Source: an uncultured Gemmatimonadales bacterium (GTDB taxonomy: Bacteria; Gemmatimonadota; Gemmatimonadetes; Longimicrobiales; RSA9). Taken from it: DNA of 64,000 nucleotides. A program made the translations under genes and the position numbers. The stretch covers positions 512,001 to 576,000 of the forward strand of contig CAWFKH010000001.1 in NCBI GenBank assembly GCA_963816355.1, in the 5' to 3' direction. Under the pieces are notes generated by a model, which worked only from the letters and a program-made list of their open reading frames with translations, was not told the origin of the DNA and made no database searches. Every line of letters starts with the position of its first letter. Position 1 is the stretch's first letter. Of the stretch, positions 31,282 to 42,003 are shown in pieces.

Positions 31282-32759
31282 TCAATGCGCGTCGCGGCCG
31301 CCGGGTTCCACACGACGTCGCTCGCCGGCATGCGCGGGCCACGCTTCGGCATCGGCGTCGGCCGCCGCTCGGAGCCGGTCGGCGTCGGCGGTGAGGCGCG
31401 CCCGGATGGGGGCGATGTCGAGCGTCGACCAGGCGCCCGCGTCGTAGAGGACCTGGCCCCGCACGACGGTCAGGACCACGTCGGCGGCGCGCGCGGAGTG
31501 GACGAGGGTGACGCACGGGTCGTGGACCGGGAGCGTATGCAGTCGGTCCAGCGCGACGGCGCACAGGTCCGCATCCTTGCCGGGCGTGAGCGTGCCGGTG
31601 ACGTCGTCGAGGCCGAGCGCGCGCGCGCCGCCGAGCGTGGCCAGCTCGATCAGCGCGGCCGCGGGCAGCGCGGTCGCCTCGCCGCTGCCGGCGCGCTGGA
31701 AGAGCTGCGCGGCGCGGGCCTCTTCGAGCAGGTCCTGGCGGTTGTTGCTCGCGACGGAATCCGTTCCGAGCCCGACGCGGATGCCCGCGCGGAGGAGCCG
31801 CGAGAGCGGTGCGACGCCGTGGGCGAGGCGCGCGTTCGCGATGGGGCAGTGCGCGACCGCGGCGCCGGCGGCCGCGATGCGCGCGGCGTCGTCGTCGTCG
31901 ACATCGACGCAGTGGATGAGGAGCGGCTGCTCCCGCAGCAGGCCGAGGCGGTCGATCAGCTCGATGGGGGAGCGGCCGCGGGGGGGCAGGCGATGCCGCG
32001 CCGCCGCAGGCCTTCGGCGAAGGGACCCGTGCCGTTGCGGACGAGGTCGCCCTCGGCGCGGGATTCCGCGATGTGGAGCGCGATCGGGAGCGCGTCGGCG
32101 CGCGCGAACGCCGCGACGGCGCGATAGAGCGGGTCCGAGACGGTGTACGGCGCGTGGGGCGAGACGCCGACGCGGACGAGGTCGGTCTCGCGCTCGCGCA
32201 TGGCGGCGACGCGCCGGGCGAGATCGGCGATCGCGTCGTCGGCGAGGGCGGGATCGGGGCCGAAGACCTCGCGGTAGACGACGCCGCGCAGGCCGGCTTC
32301 AACGAGGGCGCCGAGCGCGGCGCCGGAGTCCTCGGTCGCGGCGAGGGTGGTGATGCCGGCGGCGATGGCTTCGGCGCAGGCCGCGCGGGCGGCGGCGTCG
32401 TAGTCGAGGTCGGGCAGCGCGCGCTTGCGCCGCATGAGCGTGCGGATCCACGCCTGGAAGGGGAGGTCCTCGAGGTGGCCGCGGAGCATGGTGAGCTCCG
32501 GGTGGGCGTGGGTGTTGACGAGGCCGGGCAGCAGCGCGGCGGCGCCGAGGTCCACGGCCCGTCCACCTGGCGGGGCGGGCACGTCGGAATCGCGGCCGAT
32601 GGCGGCGATGCGGCCGCGGCGGTCGACGAGCAGGGCGCCGTCGCGGATCGGCGGCGCGTCGACCGGCACGAGCCAGTCGGCGCGGTAGCGGACGCTGGCG
32701 GCGGGGCTTCCCCCGGGCGGCTCAGCGGCGCGCGGCGAAGATGTCACTGAAGAGCCCAT
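31282..32759 (-). pseudogene. Amidohydrolase (nucleoside-derivative deaminase family), frameshifted in a C7 run near 31983; may be intact in vivo
   Basis: N-terminal half has PGLVNTHAH, SPHAPYTVS, HIAES; C-terminal half in another frame has LIHCV, HCPIANARL, GLGTDSVASNN, ATLGGARALG, GKDADL. Confidence 0.8.
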
Positions 32760-34521
32760 TGGGTCTCGAGCGCAGGATCTGGCGGTCGCCGAACGGCGCG
32801 GAGAGGCCGATCACCTCGCCGACGGAGACGAGGAGGCGCGGCGTGCGCCACTCGGTGCGGTCGATCGGGAAGGCGAGGTCGACGCGGTAGGTGGTGCGGC
32901 CGCCGGCGGGGAACGTGCCGCGCAGGCCGAAGCCGGCGCTCGCGCGCGTGCCGGAGTCGACGCCGAACGGGGCGTCGCCTGCCCAGATGCGGCCGGCGTC
33001 GACGAACACGGTGGCGCCGACGTCGAGGAAGTCGGGGGACGGCCAGCCGAAGTAGATGCGGTCCTCGACGGTTGCGCCGATGCGGCGTCCACCCGGGAAG
33101 CGGAACGGGTCGTAGCCGCGCAGCGACTGCAGCCCGCCGAGCGTGAGCTGGAAGGGCGCGCGCGTGTTCCAGCCACCGGTCCCCGCGGCGCGGAAGAAGA
33201 GCGTCTGGTGGGTGGAGCCGCCGGGTTTCCAGTAGCTGAGCAGCTCCGCCTCGGCGAACAGGTCGTCCCACTCGGGGGCGCCGCCGCTCGCGGCGAGGTT
33301 GCGGCGGGCGTCGGCGCGGAGCCGCAGAATGGAGAGGACCGGCCCGGTCTCGAGGCCGGTGTAGAGGGCGAGGCTCGTCGTGAGGTCGTCCTCGCGGCGC
33401 ATGCCGAGCGAGCGGCCGAGGCCGAGCTGCGCCTGCGCGCCGAGCCGCACGTCCTCGACGCCGCGAGGCGAGTCGAGGCCGCGCCGCTTGACCCACCAGA
33501 TGTTGCGCTGGCCGAGGAGGATCAGCGCGTGGACGTCCTGGATCGGCGTGGCCGCGTTCCAGGCGGGGGCGGCGGCGGCGCTGTCGACCGGAGCCACGAC
33601 GCCGTCCTCCCCCTCGTTCTCGATGCGCATGGCACCGAAACCGCCCGGGTAGCCGACGTCGAGAAACGAGAAGCCGGCGCCGATGAGGGTGAGGTTGCCG
33701 GGCGAGCCGATGCGGACCATGGCGGCGAGGTCGAAGCTCTCACGGCGGACCGGGAGGAGGACGTGGGAGTGGATGTCGCCGGCGCTCTCGCGGACGTAGT
33801 CGAAGTAGTCGTCGCGGCGCTCGAGGCGTTGCTCGCCGGACCAGCGGCCCACGTCGCCGACGAACGGGTAGACGAGGTCGGCGCGCAGGGCGCCGCCGGC
33901 GCGGGTGCGGCCGAGGCCGAGCGTGAGGTCCCAGCGGGTGCGGCCGAGCTGCGGCGTGAAGAACTCGGCGCCGTATTCGCGCGCGATGCGCCCTTCGGAG
34001 TAGTAGAGGCGGGCGGTCTGGCCCTGGCCGAACAGGTCGCTCTCACGGATGTCGGCGCCGCGCAGGTCGAAGCCGCTGGCGAAGGTCATCCGCGCGCCGA
34101 CCTGGGTGCTCCACTCGTCCTGCGTGTCGACGACCACGTGGTAGCCGCCGTCCGGCTGCCGCAGGCCGTAGATGTCGACGCGGGAGAGGAAGGGCATGGC
34201 GCGCAGCAGGCGCTCCGATTCGTTGGCGAGGTCCGGATCGTAGCAGTCGCCGATGTCGAAGAGCAGTTCGCGCCGGACGACGCCCTCGTCGGTGCGGAAA
34301 TGAAGCCGGTTCGCGAGGCGGTACGCCCACTGGAAGCGGGCGTCGAGATCCGGATCGCTCGTGTCGAAGATGGAGTGGTTGTCGACGAAGATGCTGGTGA
34401 TGGGACCGGTGGGGCACTCCGCGTCGGCGGGGCGCCCGTAGCTGCGCTGCGCCTGTGCCGCGCGGGCCGTGACCAGGCAGCCGAGGAGCAGGGGAACGGA
34501 CAGGATCAGGAGCCGCTTCAC
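32722..34521 (-). CDS. Omp85/BamA-TamA-like outer membrane protein with a POTRA domain
   Basis: Signal peptide; RTDEGVVRRELLF..GD.YD...ESERLLR (POTRA); D.NLFG-like ESDLFGQG; TLGGLQSLRGY; FVDAGRIW; RVDLAFP. Confidence 0.8.
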   Translation of the reverse strand: MKRLLILSVPLLLGCLVTARAAQAQRSYGRPADAECPTGPITSIFVDNHSIFDTSDPDLDARFQWAYRLANRLHFRTDEGVVRRELLFDIGDCYDPDLANESERLLRAMPFLSRVDIYGLRQPDGGYHVVVDTQDEWSTQVGARMTFASGFDLRGADIRESDLFGQGQTARLYYSEGRIAREYGAEFFTPQLGRTRWDLTLGLGRTRAGGALRADLVYPFVGDVGRWSGEQRLERRDDYFDYVRESAGDIHSHVLLPVRRESFDLAAMVRIGSPGNLTLIGAGFSFLDVGYPGGFGAMRIENEGEDGVVAPVDSAAAAPAWNAATPIQDVHALILLGQRNIWWVKRRGLDSPRGVEDVRLGAQAQLGLGRSLGMRREDDLTTSLALYTGLETGPVLSILRLRADARRNLAASGGAPEWDDLFAEAELLSYWKPGGSTHQTLFFRAAGTGGWNTRAPFQLTLGGLQSLRGYDPFRFPGGRRIGATVEDRIYFGWPSPDFLDVGATVFVDAGRIWAGDAPFGVDSGTRASAGFGLRGTFPAGGRTTYRVDLAFPIDRTEWRTPRLLVSVGEVIGLSAPFGDRQILRSRPNGLFSDIFAARR

Positions 34522-34570
34522 GTTGCGCTTTCCGGGACCGCGGCGCCGCCTTCCGCGCGCCGTCGTCCGC

Positions 34571-34600
34571 TTGACACGTTCTCCGGGCGGAGGATAACCT
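34571..34600 (+). promoter_or_regulatory. Sigma70 promoter for maeB-pckA
   Basis: TTGACA-N18-TAACCT. Confidence 0.7.
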
Positions 34601-34647
34601 AGCCCCTTTCGCCACCGTAATGTAGCGCGCGCGAGAGGGTTGGCCGC

Positions 34648-36921
34648 ATGACCAAGCGGCAGGAAGCACTCAACTACCATGCCGAGGGACGGCCGGGCAA
34701 GATCGCGGTGACGCCGACGAAGCCGGTCGGCACGCAGCGCGACCTGTCGCTCGCCTACACCCCGGGCGTCGCCGAGCCCTGCCGGGAGATCGCCGAGCGG
34801 CCGGAGGACGTCTTCCGCTACACCGCGCGCGGCAACCTGGTGGCGGTGGTCACGAACGGAACGGCGGTGCTGGGGCTCGGCAAGATCGGCCCGCTCGCGG
34901 CCAAGCCGGTGATGGAGGGGAAGGGCGTTCTCTTCAAGCGCTTCGCCGACATCGACGTGTTCGACATCGAGGTCGACTCGACGGATGCGGAGGAGATCAT
35001 CCGCTTCTGCGAGATGCTCGAGCCGACGGTCGGCGGCATCAACCTCGAGGACATCGCGGCGCCCGCCTGCTTCCACATCGAGGAGCGGCTGCGCGAGAGC
35101 CTCGACGTCCCCGTCTTCCACGACGACCAGCACGGCACGGCGATCATCAGCGGCGCGGCGCTCGTCAACGCGCTCGAGATCGCCGGGAAGGAGGCGGCGG
35201 AGGTGCGCGTCGTGTTCGGCGGCGCGGGCGCGGCGGCGATCGCCACGGCGGAGCACTACGTCCGGCTCGGCGTGCGCCGCGAGAACATCCTCATGGTGGA
35301 CAGCAAGGGACTGATCACGCGGGACCGCGCGGGTGGGATGGATCCGTACAAGGCGCGGTTCGCGCAGCCGGGCGCGGTGCGCTCGCTGGCGGACGCGATG
35401 ACGGATGCCGACGTCTTCGTCGGCCTCTCCGTCGCCGGTACGGTGACCGGGGCGATGGTCGCCCGTATGGCGCCGCGTCCGATCGTCTTCGCGCTCGCCA
35501 ATCCCGATCCGGAGATCCCGCCGGAGGAGATCCTGGCCGTGCGCGACGACGCGATCATCGCGACGGGCCGCACCGACTACCCGAACCAGGTCAACAACGT
35601 CCTTGGCTTCCCGTTCATCTTCCGCGGCGCGCTGGACGTGCGGGCGCGGGCGATCAACGAGGAGATGAAGATGGCGGCGACGCGGGCGCTGGCCGAGCTC
35701 GCGAAGCAGGACGTGCCGGACTCGGTGGCGGCGGCCTACGGCGAGGCGAGCTTCCAGTTCGGCCCGGAGTACCTGATCCCGAAGCCGTTCGACTCGCGCG
35801 TGCTGCTGTGGGTGGCGCCGGCCGTGGCGAAGGCGGCGATGGAGAGCGGCGTGGCGCGCGTGGAGATCGACCTGGACGAATACCGCAACCAGCTCGAGGC
35901 TCGGCTCGGCCGGCGCCGCGAGGTGATGCGCGACGTGGCGCTGAAGGCGATCCGCGATCCGCGCCGCATCGTCTACGCCGAGGGCGAGCACGAGCGCGTG
36001 ATCCGCGCGGCGGCGCTGGTGGCGGAGGAGGGGATCGCGCAGCCGCTGCTGGTGGGACGTCCGGATCGGATCAAGGGGACCGCGTCGCGACTGGGAATCG
36101 ACCTGGCGGGCGTGGCGTTGGTCGATCCCGCCGCGGACGAGCCGAGGCGCCAGCGCTACGCGCGCGAATACTTCCAGCGCCGCCAGCGCAAGGGCGTGAC
36201 GCTGGCGGAGGCGATGGAGCGGCTGCGACAGCCGATCTACTATGCGTGCATGATGGTGATGGAGGGCGACGCGGAAGGGCTGATCGCCGGCGAGGACTCG
36301 CACTATCCGGAGGCGCTGCGGCCGGCGCTCGAGGTGATCGGGACGGAGCCCGGGACGCGGCACGTCGCCGGCCTCTACATGATGATCCTCGCCCACGACC
36401 TCATGTTCTTCGCCGACACCACGGTCAACATCGATCCGGACGACGAGGTGCTCGCCGAGATCGCGCTCCTCTCGGCGAACTTCGTCCAGGGCCTGGGGCT
36501 CGATCCCCGCCTCGCGCTCCTCTCCTTCTCGAACTTCGGCTCCGCGCGCGAGCCGCAGGCGGAGCGCGTGAGACTCGCGGTCGAGCGCGTGAAGCGGCTC
36601 GCGCCGGACCTCGTCGTGGACGGCGAGATGCAGGCGGACACGGCGGTCGTCCCCTCGATCCTGCACGACCGCTATCCGTTCAGCGGGCTGCAGGACGCGG
36701 CCAACGTGTTGATCTTCCCGAACCTGGACGCGGCCAACGCCGCCTACAAGCTGATGGCGCGACTGGGCGGCGCGGAGGCGGTCGGCCCGATCCTGCTGGG
36801 GATGGCGCGGCCCGTGCACGTGCTGCAGCGCGGCGGTGAGACGGCCGACATCGTCAACCTCACGGCGATCGCCGTGGTGGACGCCCAGCGGCGGACGCCG
36901 CGAACCGTATCCCCGACCTGA
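34648..36921 (+). CDS. maeB: NADP-dependent malic enzyme with phosphotransacetylase-like domain
   Basis: [40 protein letters not shown] domain [23 protein letters not shown]. Confidence 0.96.
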   Translation: MTKRQEALNYHAEGRPGKIAVTPTKPVGTQRDLSLAYTPGVAEPCREIAERPEDVFRYTARGNLVAVVTNGTAVLGLGKIGPLAAKPVMEGKGVLFKRFADIDVFDIEVDSTDAEEIIRFCEMLEPTVGGINLEDIAAPACFHIEERLRESLDVPVFHDDQHGTAIISGAALVNALEIAGKEAAEVRVVFGGAGAAAIATAEHYVRLGVRRENILMVDSKGLITRDRAGGMDPYKARFAQPGAVRSLADAMTDADVFVGLSVAGTVTGAMVARMAPRPIVFALANPDPEIPPEEILAVRDDAIIATGRTDYPNQVNNVLGFPFIFRGALDVRARAINEEMKMAATRALAELAKQDVPDSVAAAYGEASFQFGPEYLIPKPFDSRVLLWVAPAVAKAAMESGVARVEIDLDEYRNQLEARLGRRREVMRDVALKAIRDPRRIVYAEGEHERVIRAAALVAEEGIAQPLLVGRPDRIKGTASRLGIDLAGVALVDPAADEPRRQRYAREYFQRRQRKGVTLAEAMERLRQPIYYACMMVMEGDAEGLIAGEDSHYPEALRPALEVIGTEPGTRHVAGLYMMILAHDLMFFADTTVNIDPDDEVLAEIALLSANFVQGLGLDPRLALLSFSNFGSAREPQAERVRLAVERVKRLAPDLVVDGEMQADTAVVPSILHDRYPFSGLQDAANVLIFPNLDAANAAYKLMARLGGAEAVGPILLGMARPVHVLQRGGETADIVNLTAIAVVDAQRRTPRTVSPT

Positions 36922-36927
36922 AGGTCC

Positions 36928-38517
36928 ATGGCAACGCAAGCGACCGTCGACCTGTCGACATCCGGGCTGCAAGCGACCGGCCCGACCCACTGGAACCTCA
37001 CGCCGGCGGAGCTGGTCGAGCACGCGATCCGCCGCGGCGAGGGGCGGCTGTCGGCCGATGGTGCCTTCGCGGCGATCACCACGCCGCACACCGGCCGCTC
37101 GCCCGGCGACAAGTTCACGGTGCGCGAGCCGTCGTGCGAGGACGAAATCTGGTGGGGCACGGTCAACCAGCCGCTGGAGCCGGAGCAGTTCGACCGGCTT
37201 CACGCGGACGTGCTCAATCACCTGGGTGGCGAGGAGTTGTTCGTCCGCGACGTGTGGGCGGGCGCCGACGCGGCCTACCGCCTGCCGGTGCGCGTCATCA
37301 GCGCCGGGGCGTGGTACTCGCTCTTCGTCCACAACATGTTCCGCGAGCCGACGCCCGAGGAGCGGGCCGCGTTCGAGCCGGGCTTCACGGTGCTGCACGC
37401 GCCGGCGATGCAGGCCGATCCGGAGCGGCACGGCACGAAGTCCGGCGCCTTCGTCGTGCTCAACTTCGCGGAGCGCGTCGTCCTGATCGGCGGCACGCTC
37501 TACGCCGGCGAGATCAAGAAGTCGGTCTTCTCGGTGCTGAACTACCTGCTGCCGCACAGCGGCGTGCTGCCGATGCACTGCTCGGCGAACAGCGGCGCCG
37601 CGGGCGATGTCGCTCTCTTCTTCGGCCTGTCGGGAACCGGAAAGACGACGCTCTCGACGGACCCGGAGCGGTGCCTCATCGGCGACGACGAGCACGGTTG
37701 GTCGGAGCGCGGCATCTTCAACTTCGAGGGCGGCAACTACGCCAAGGTGATCCGCCTCTCGCCGGAGGGTGAGCCGCTGATCTACGCGGCGAGCCGCCGC
37801 TTCGGCGCCATCCTCGAGAACGTCGTGCTGGAGGAGGCGACGCGCGACGTGGCGTGGGACGACGAGTCGATCACCGAGAACACGCGCTCCTCCTACCCGC
37901 TCGCCTTCATCGACGGCGCCGTGCGAATGGGGACGGGCGGCCATCCGCGTCACGTCGTCTTCCTGACGGCGGACGCGAGCGGTGTGCTGCCGCCGATCTC
38001 GCGACTGACGCGCGAGCAGGCGATGTACCAGTTCCTCTCCGGCTACACCGCCAAGGTCGCCGGCACCGAGCGCGGCGTGACGGAGCCGCGCGCGACCTTC
38101 AGCGCGTGCTTCGGCGCGCCTTTCCTGCCGCTGCCGCCGTCGGTCTACGCGAAGCTGCTGGGCGAGAAGATCGAGCGCCACGACGCGCGAACCTGGCTGA
38201 TCAACACCGGCTGGACCGGAGGGCCGTACGGCGTCGGCCACCGCATGAAGCTGCGCCACACGCGCGCGATGGTGACGGCGATCCTCGAGGACCGTCTGAA
38301 CGACGTCGCCACGCAGCCCGATCCGATCTTCGGCCTGCACATCCCCGTCCGCGTGCCGAACGTGCCGGACGAGGTCCTGAACCCGCGCTCGACGTGGGCC
38401 GACGCGAACGCGTACGACGAGCAGGCGCGCCGGCTCGCGTCCATGTTCCGCGACAACTTCGAGAAGTACGCGGGCGACGTCTCCGCGGCCGTGCGGGACG
38501 CCGGCCCCGCGGTGTGA
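36928..38517 (+). CDS. pckA: Phosphoenolpyruvate carboxykinase (ATP)
   Basis: [53 protein letters not shown]. Confidence 0.97.
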   Translation: MATQATVDLSTSGLQATGPTHWNLTPAELVEHAIRRGEGRLSADGAFAAITTPHTGRSPGDKFTVREPSCEDEIWWGTVNQPLEPEQFDRLHADVLNHLGGEELFVRDVWAGADAAYRLPVRVISAGAWYSLFVHNMFREPTPEERAAFEPGFTVLHAPAMQADPERHGTKSGAFVVLNFAERVVLIGGTLYAGEIKKSVFSVLNYLLPHSGVLPMHCSANSGAAGDVALFFGLSGTGKTTLSTDPERCLIGDDEHGWSERGIFNFEGGNYAKVIRLSPEGEPLIYAASRRFGAILENVVLEEATRDVAWDDESITENTRSSYPLAFIDGAVRMGTGGHPRHVVFLTADASGVLPPISRLTREQAMYQFLSGYTAKVAGTERGVTEPRATFSACFGAPFLPLPPSVYAKLLGEKIERHDARTWLINTGWTGGPYGVGHRMKLRHTRAMVTAILEDRLNDVATQPDPIFGLHIPVRVPNVPDEVLNPRSTWADANAYDEQARRLASMFRDNFEKYAGDVSAAVRDAGPAV

Positions 38518-38584
38518 GCGCGCGCGGGCCCGCCCGCGCCCGGGGACGGTTGCGAGCGGCGACGGCGCGAGAGGAAGGAGGCCC

Positions 38585-39859
38585 GTGGTGTCGCGGCACG
38601 CGGTGATCCGGGATCCGATCTACGGTCCCATCCCCCTCGATCCGCTGGCTCGCGAGCTGATCGACACCCCCGCCTTCCAGCGGCTCCGGCGCGTGCAGCA
38701 GCTCAGCCTGGCGTCGCTCGTCTATCCCTCCGCGATGCACACGCGTTTCGAGCACTCGGTCGGCGTGTACCACCTCGTGCGGCGGATCGTCGAGAACCTC
38801 GACCGGAAGGGGGACCTCGCCGCGGTCCCCGACGACGACGTGCGCGTCGTCCCCTACGCCGCCCTGCTCCACGACCTCTCCCAGCACCTCGCCGCCCACC
38901 TGCTCGACGAATTCGGCATCGAGGGGGTCGAGCACGAGGAGGTCGGCGCCCGCGCGCTCGCGGAGGGCGAGATCGGATCGATCCTGCGGGGAACCGCTCG
39001 ACCCGGAGCGGCGATTCACATCGGTGAAATCATCAACCAGCGCAGCGCGAATCCGCTGGCAGGGCTCGTCGCCGGAAACTGCGACGCCGACAAGATGGAT
39101 TACATCGCGCGTGACGCGTACCACTGCGGGCTGCCGGTCGGATTCGACCAGCAGCACCTGCGAGACGCGATCACGCTCGTCGCGGATCCCGCGAGCGGGC
39201 GCGTGCAGGTCGGCCTCGAGAGCGCCGGCCTCACCAGCTTCGAGCAGATGCTGTATTCGAAGTCCGCGTTGTTCCGGAACGTGTACTTCCATCGCACGGT
39301 CCGCTCCGCGATGGGGATCCTGCGGACCCTCGTGCTGCTGGCGCTCGAGCGCGACCTGATCGACCTGGAGGAACTGCACCTTTGGTCCGACAGCGAGCTG
39401 TTCACGGTGCTCCGACTGAGGATCGACGCGGCGACCGGCATGCGCTCCGCCGACCGCTCGCGGCTGACCGAGCTGCTGCGCCGCCTGCTCGAGCGGCGTC
39501 TCTACCCCGTCGCGTGCCTGCTTCCACTGTCGGCGAGCGACAAGCCCGGCGCGCGCACGATCCTCGCGGTCGAGCGCGCCCTCGCCGCCGACCTGGGGCT
39601 GCGGCCGGGCGAGGTGGTGCTCGACTTCCCCGCCAAGCCGACGATGCTCGCCACCGACATCCTGGTGCGGGACGAAAGCGGCCGCGTCCGCAACGCGAAG
39701 GATCTCGGACCCGAAGACGGCTTCGCGCTCAACGCCGCACAGCACGCGCTCTACATCGCGTCCGGCAGCGTCTGCCTCTTCACGGCGGAGCCGCGCGACG
39801 TCCCGCCCGACCTCGTGCTGCGCAGGCTCGACGAGATGGAGACGCCCCACTCCGCCTGA
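38585..39859 (+). CDS. HD-domain phosphohydrolase (dNTPase/SAMHD1-like family)
   Basis: IRDPIYG, FQRLRRVQQL, HTRFEHSVG, ALLHD, DADKMDYIARD, VYFHRTVR. Confidence 0.88.
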   Translation: MVSRHAVIRDPIYGPIPLDPLARELIDTPAFQRLRRVQQLSLASLVYPSAMHTRFEHSVGVYHLVRRIVENLDRKGDLAAVPDDDVRVVPYAALLHDLSQHLAAHLLDEFGIEGVEHEEVGARALAEGEIGSILRGTARPGAAIHIGEIINQRSANPLAGLVAGNCDADKMDYIARDAYHCGLPVGFDQQHLRDAITLVADPASGRVQVGLESAGLTSFEQMLYSKSALFRNVYFHRTVRSAMGILRTLVLLALERDLIDLEELHLWSDSELFTVLRLRIDAATGMRSADRSRLTELLRRLLERRLYPVACLLPLSASDKPGARTILAVERALAADLGLRPGEVVLDFPAKPTMLATDILVRDESGRVRNAKDLGPEDGFALNAAQHALYIASGSVCLFTAEPRDVPPDLVLRRLDEMETPHSA

Positions 39860-39878
39860 TCCGCGCCGGCCGGTCGCG

Positions 39879-41219
39879 ATGAGACCGACCGTGGCGGTCC
39901 TCGCGCTCTCGGAGGCGTTCGAACGGGTGTGGCCCGAGCTGGCGGAGTCCGTCGGCGCGGGGGTCCGCACCGTCGCCAGCGTCGAGGAGCTCGGGCCGCC
40001 CGCGGATGCGTGCGGCGTGATCGTCGCCGCAGGCGGCGTCGAGGCGGCGGCGGAGGAGGCGGTGCGGGAGGCGCACGGAGCCGGCGTGCAGCACGTCGCC
40101 GTGGTCGGAGCCGGCGTGGACCACCGCCTCGCGATGCGGCTGGCGCAGGCCGGCGCGGCCGACTGCTTCAACCTGCCCGCGGAGATGGAGCTGCTGCGCT
40201 CGTGGGTCGCGGAGCGCGTGGACCGATCGGTCGCGGGAGAGCACGCAGCCGCGCTGACGGACCTGGAGCGCCGGCAGCACGACTTCTCCGCTCTCATCGG
40301 CGAGAGCGAGCCGCTGCGCGCGGCGCTCTGCATCGCATCGAAGGTGATCGGCCGCTCCACCGCGACCGTCCTGATCACGGGCGAGACCGGCACTGGCAAG
40401 GAGCTGCTGGCTCAGGCGATCCACTACAACGGCCCACGCGCCTCGCAGCCGTTCGTCGAGATCAACTGCACGGCGCTGCCCACCACCCTGCTCGAGGCCG
40501 AGCTCTTCGGCTACGAGAAAGGCGCCTTCACCGACGCCCGGGCCGCCAAACCCGGCCTCTTCGAAGCGGCCCACCGCGGCACCGTCTTCCTCGACGAGAT
40601 CGGCGACCTGTCGCCGGAGCTGCAGGCGAAGCTGTTGAAGGTCCTCGAGGACCACCAGGTGCGGCGCCTCGGCAGCGTCCGCTCCTTTCAGGTCGACGTC
40701 CGCATCATCACCGCGACGCACCAGGACCTCTCCCTCGCCGTCGCAGAGGGCCGCTTCCGCCGCGACCTCTTCTATCGCCTGAACGTCGTGCCGATCCGCC
40801 TGCCCGCGCTGCGCGACCGCGGCGACGACATCCTCCGCCTCGCCGACCACTTCCTCGACCGCTTCAGCGAGGAGTACGACCTCGCCCGGCCCGCGATCAA
40901 CGCCGCCTGCCGCCACGCGCTTCGCGCGCATAGCTGGCCCGGCAACGTGCGCGAGCTCCGCAACGCCATCGAACGCGCCGTGCTGCTGGGCGACGGCGCG
41001 CTGCGCGCCGAGGACCTCTTCCTGGACGCCGGGCCGCCTCGCCCCGACGACGACGCTGCCGGACCGATTCCCTTCCCTGCGACTCTCGAGCAGATCGAGC
41101 ACGCCGTCGCGCGCGCGATGCTCGAGCGCGCCGAGGGGAACAAGAGCGCCGCGGCGGTGGCGCTCGGCATCAGCCGGGCGCGGCTGTACCGGCTGCTGGA
41201 GCCGCCGGCGCCGGTGTAG
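39879..41219 (+). CDS. Sigma54-dependent enhancer-binding protein (AAA+ plus Fis HTH) with degenerate N-terminal domain
   Basis: GETGTGKE, ELFGYEKGAFTDA, FLDEIG, FRRDLFYRLNV, WPGNVREL, GNKSAAAVALGISRARLYR. Confidence 0.95.
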   Translation: MRPTVAVLALSEAFERVWPELAESVGAGVRTVASVEELGPPADACGVIVAAGGVEAAAEEAVREAHGAGVQHVAVVGAGVDHRLAMRLAQAGAADCFNLPAEMELLRSWVAERVDRSVAGEHAAALTDLERRQHDFSALIGESEPLRAALCIASKVIGRSTATVLITGETGTGKELLAQAIHYNGPRASQPFVEINCTALPTTLLEAELFGYEKGAFTDARAAKPGLFEAAHRGTVFLDEIGDLSPELQAKLLKVLEDHQVRRLGSVRSFQVDVRIITATHQDLSLAVAEGRFRRDLFYRLNVVPIRLPALRDRGDDILRLADHFLDRFSEEYDLARPAINAACRHALRAHSWPGNVRELRNAIERAVLLGDGALRAEDLFLDAGPPRPDDDAAGPIPFPATLEQIEHAVARAMLERAEGNKSAAAVALGISRARLYRLLEPPAPV

Positions 41220-41308
41220 CGAAACGATGCAGTTGTTCGATCCCGATACAATCCGTGTGCTGACAAGCCGTTGTGGTTGAACAGCTTACGCGAGGCATGG
41301 GGGATGCG
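41215..41308 (+). promoter_or_regulatory. Putative sigma54 promoter with tandem upstream activator sites and an IHF-like element
   Basis: TGTAGCGAAACGATGCA (41215-41231), TGTTCGATCCCGATACA (41234-41250), AAGCCGTT..AACAGCTT inverted repeat, AGGCATGGGGGATGC (GG-N10-GC at 41294-41307). Confidence 0.65.
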
Positions 41309-41376
41309 CCCCGGATGCGCTGTCCGCAATGGCGGCTCCCGACCCAGAGAACCCCCGAGTCCCGGAGAAGGCTCAA

Positions 41377-41991
41377 ATGACACACAACGGCCGACGATCG
41401 ATGCTGTTTCTGGCGATCCTGGCGGCGGCGTGCGCGGAAGCGCCGACGTCGCCGGACGCGTCGCAGGGCGAGCGGGCGTCCGGCGTGCCGCCGGACGAGC
41501 TGGCGTTCGTGCGCTTCGCCCCCGACGTGAAGGTTCCGACGGAGGGGAGCTTCTGGGCGGTTCGAGGACAGGACCGCAGGCTGACGCTGGATTTCGTCGG
41601 TTCGGACGAGGCGTTCCTGCGCTTCCGGGTGGACAAGGAGACGCTGCTGTCGAGGCCGGACGGGACGCCGTTCGCGGATGGCGACTCGGTGCTGATCACG
41701 GTGCACGTGGATCCGGCGCGGTTCGTCTTCGACTTCCAGCCGTCGGGTCTGGTGTTCGATCGCAAGAGGCCGGCGGAGCTGAGGGTGTTTTTCGCGCACG
41801 CGGATCCGGACTACAACGACGACGGCGTGAGGGATGACGACGACGTGGCGCTGGAGAGCCACTTGCGCCTGTGGAAGCGCGAGCGACCGGACGACGGCTG
41901 GCTGCCGCTCCACACCGATCTCTCGGTCGAGATCAACGAAGTGAAGGCGGACGTCACCGGCTTCACCGGTTTTGCGCTCGCGGGCAACTGA
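41377..41991 (+). CDS. Lipoprotein of unknown function, ZU5-like motif and acidic Ca-binding-like loop
   Basis: Lipobox LAAAC; FQPSGLVF; DPDYNDDGVRDDDD. Confidence 0.7.
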   Translation: MTHNGRRSMLFLAILAAACAEAPTSPDASQGERASGVPPDELAFVRFAPDVKVPTEGSFWAVRGQDRRLTLDFVGSDEAFLRFRVDKETLLSRPDGTPFADGDSVLITVHVDPARFVFDFQPSGLVFDRKRPAELRVFFAHADPDYNDDGVRDDDDVALESHLRLWKRERPDDGWLPLHTDLSVEINEVKADVTGFTGFALAGN

Positions 41992-42003
41992 CGCAGGCCG
42001 ACA

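Noticed and set aside
34522..38340. 1872-aa giant ORF (32722-38340, minus strand) as one protein
   Set aside because: Only the last ~600 aa (from GTG 34521, with signal peptide) are the Omp85-like gene; the rest is antisense to maeB and pckA.
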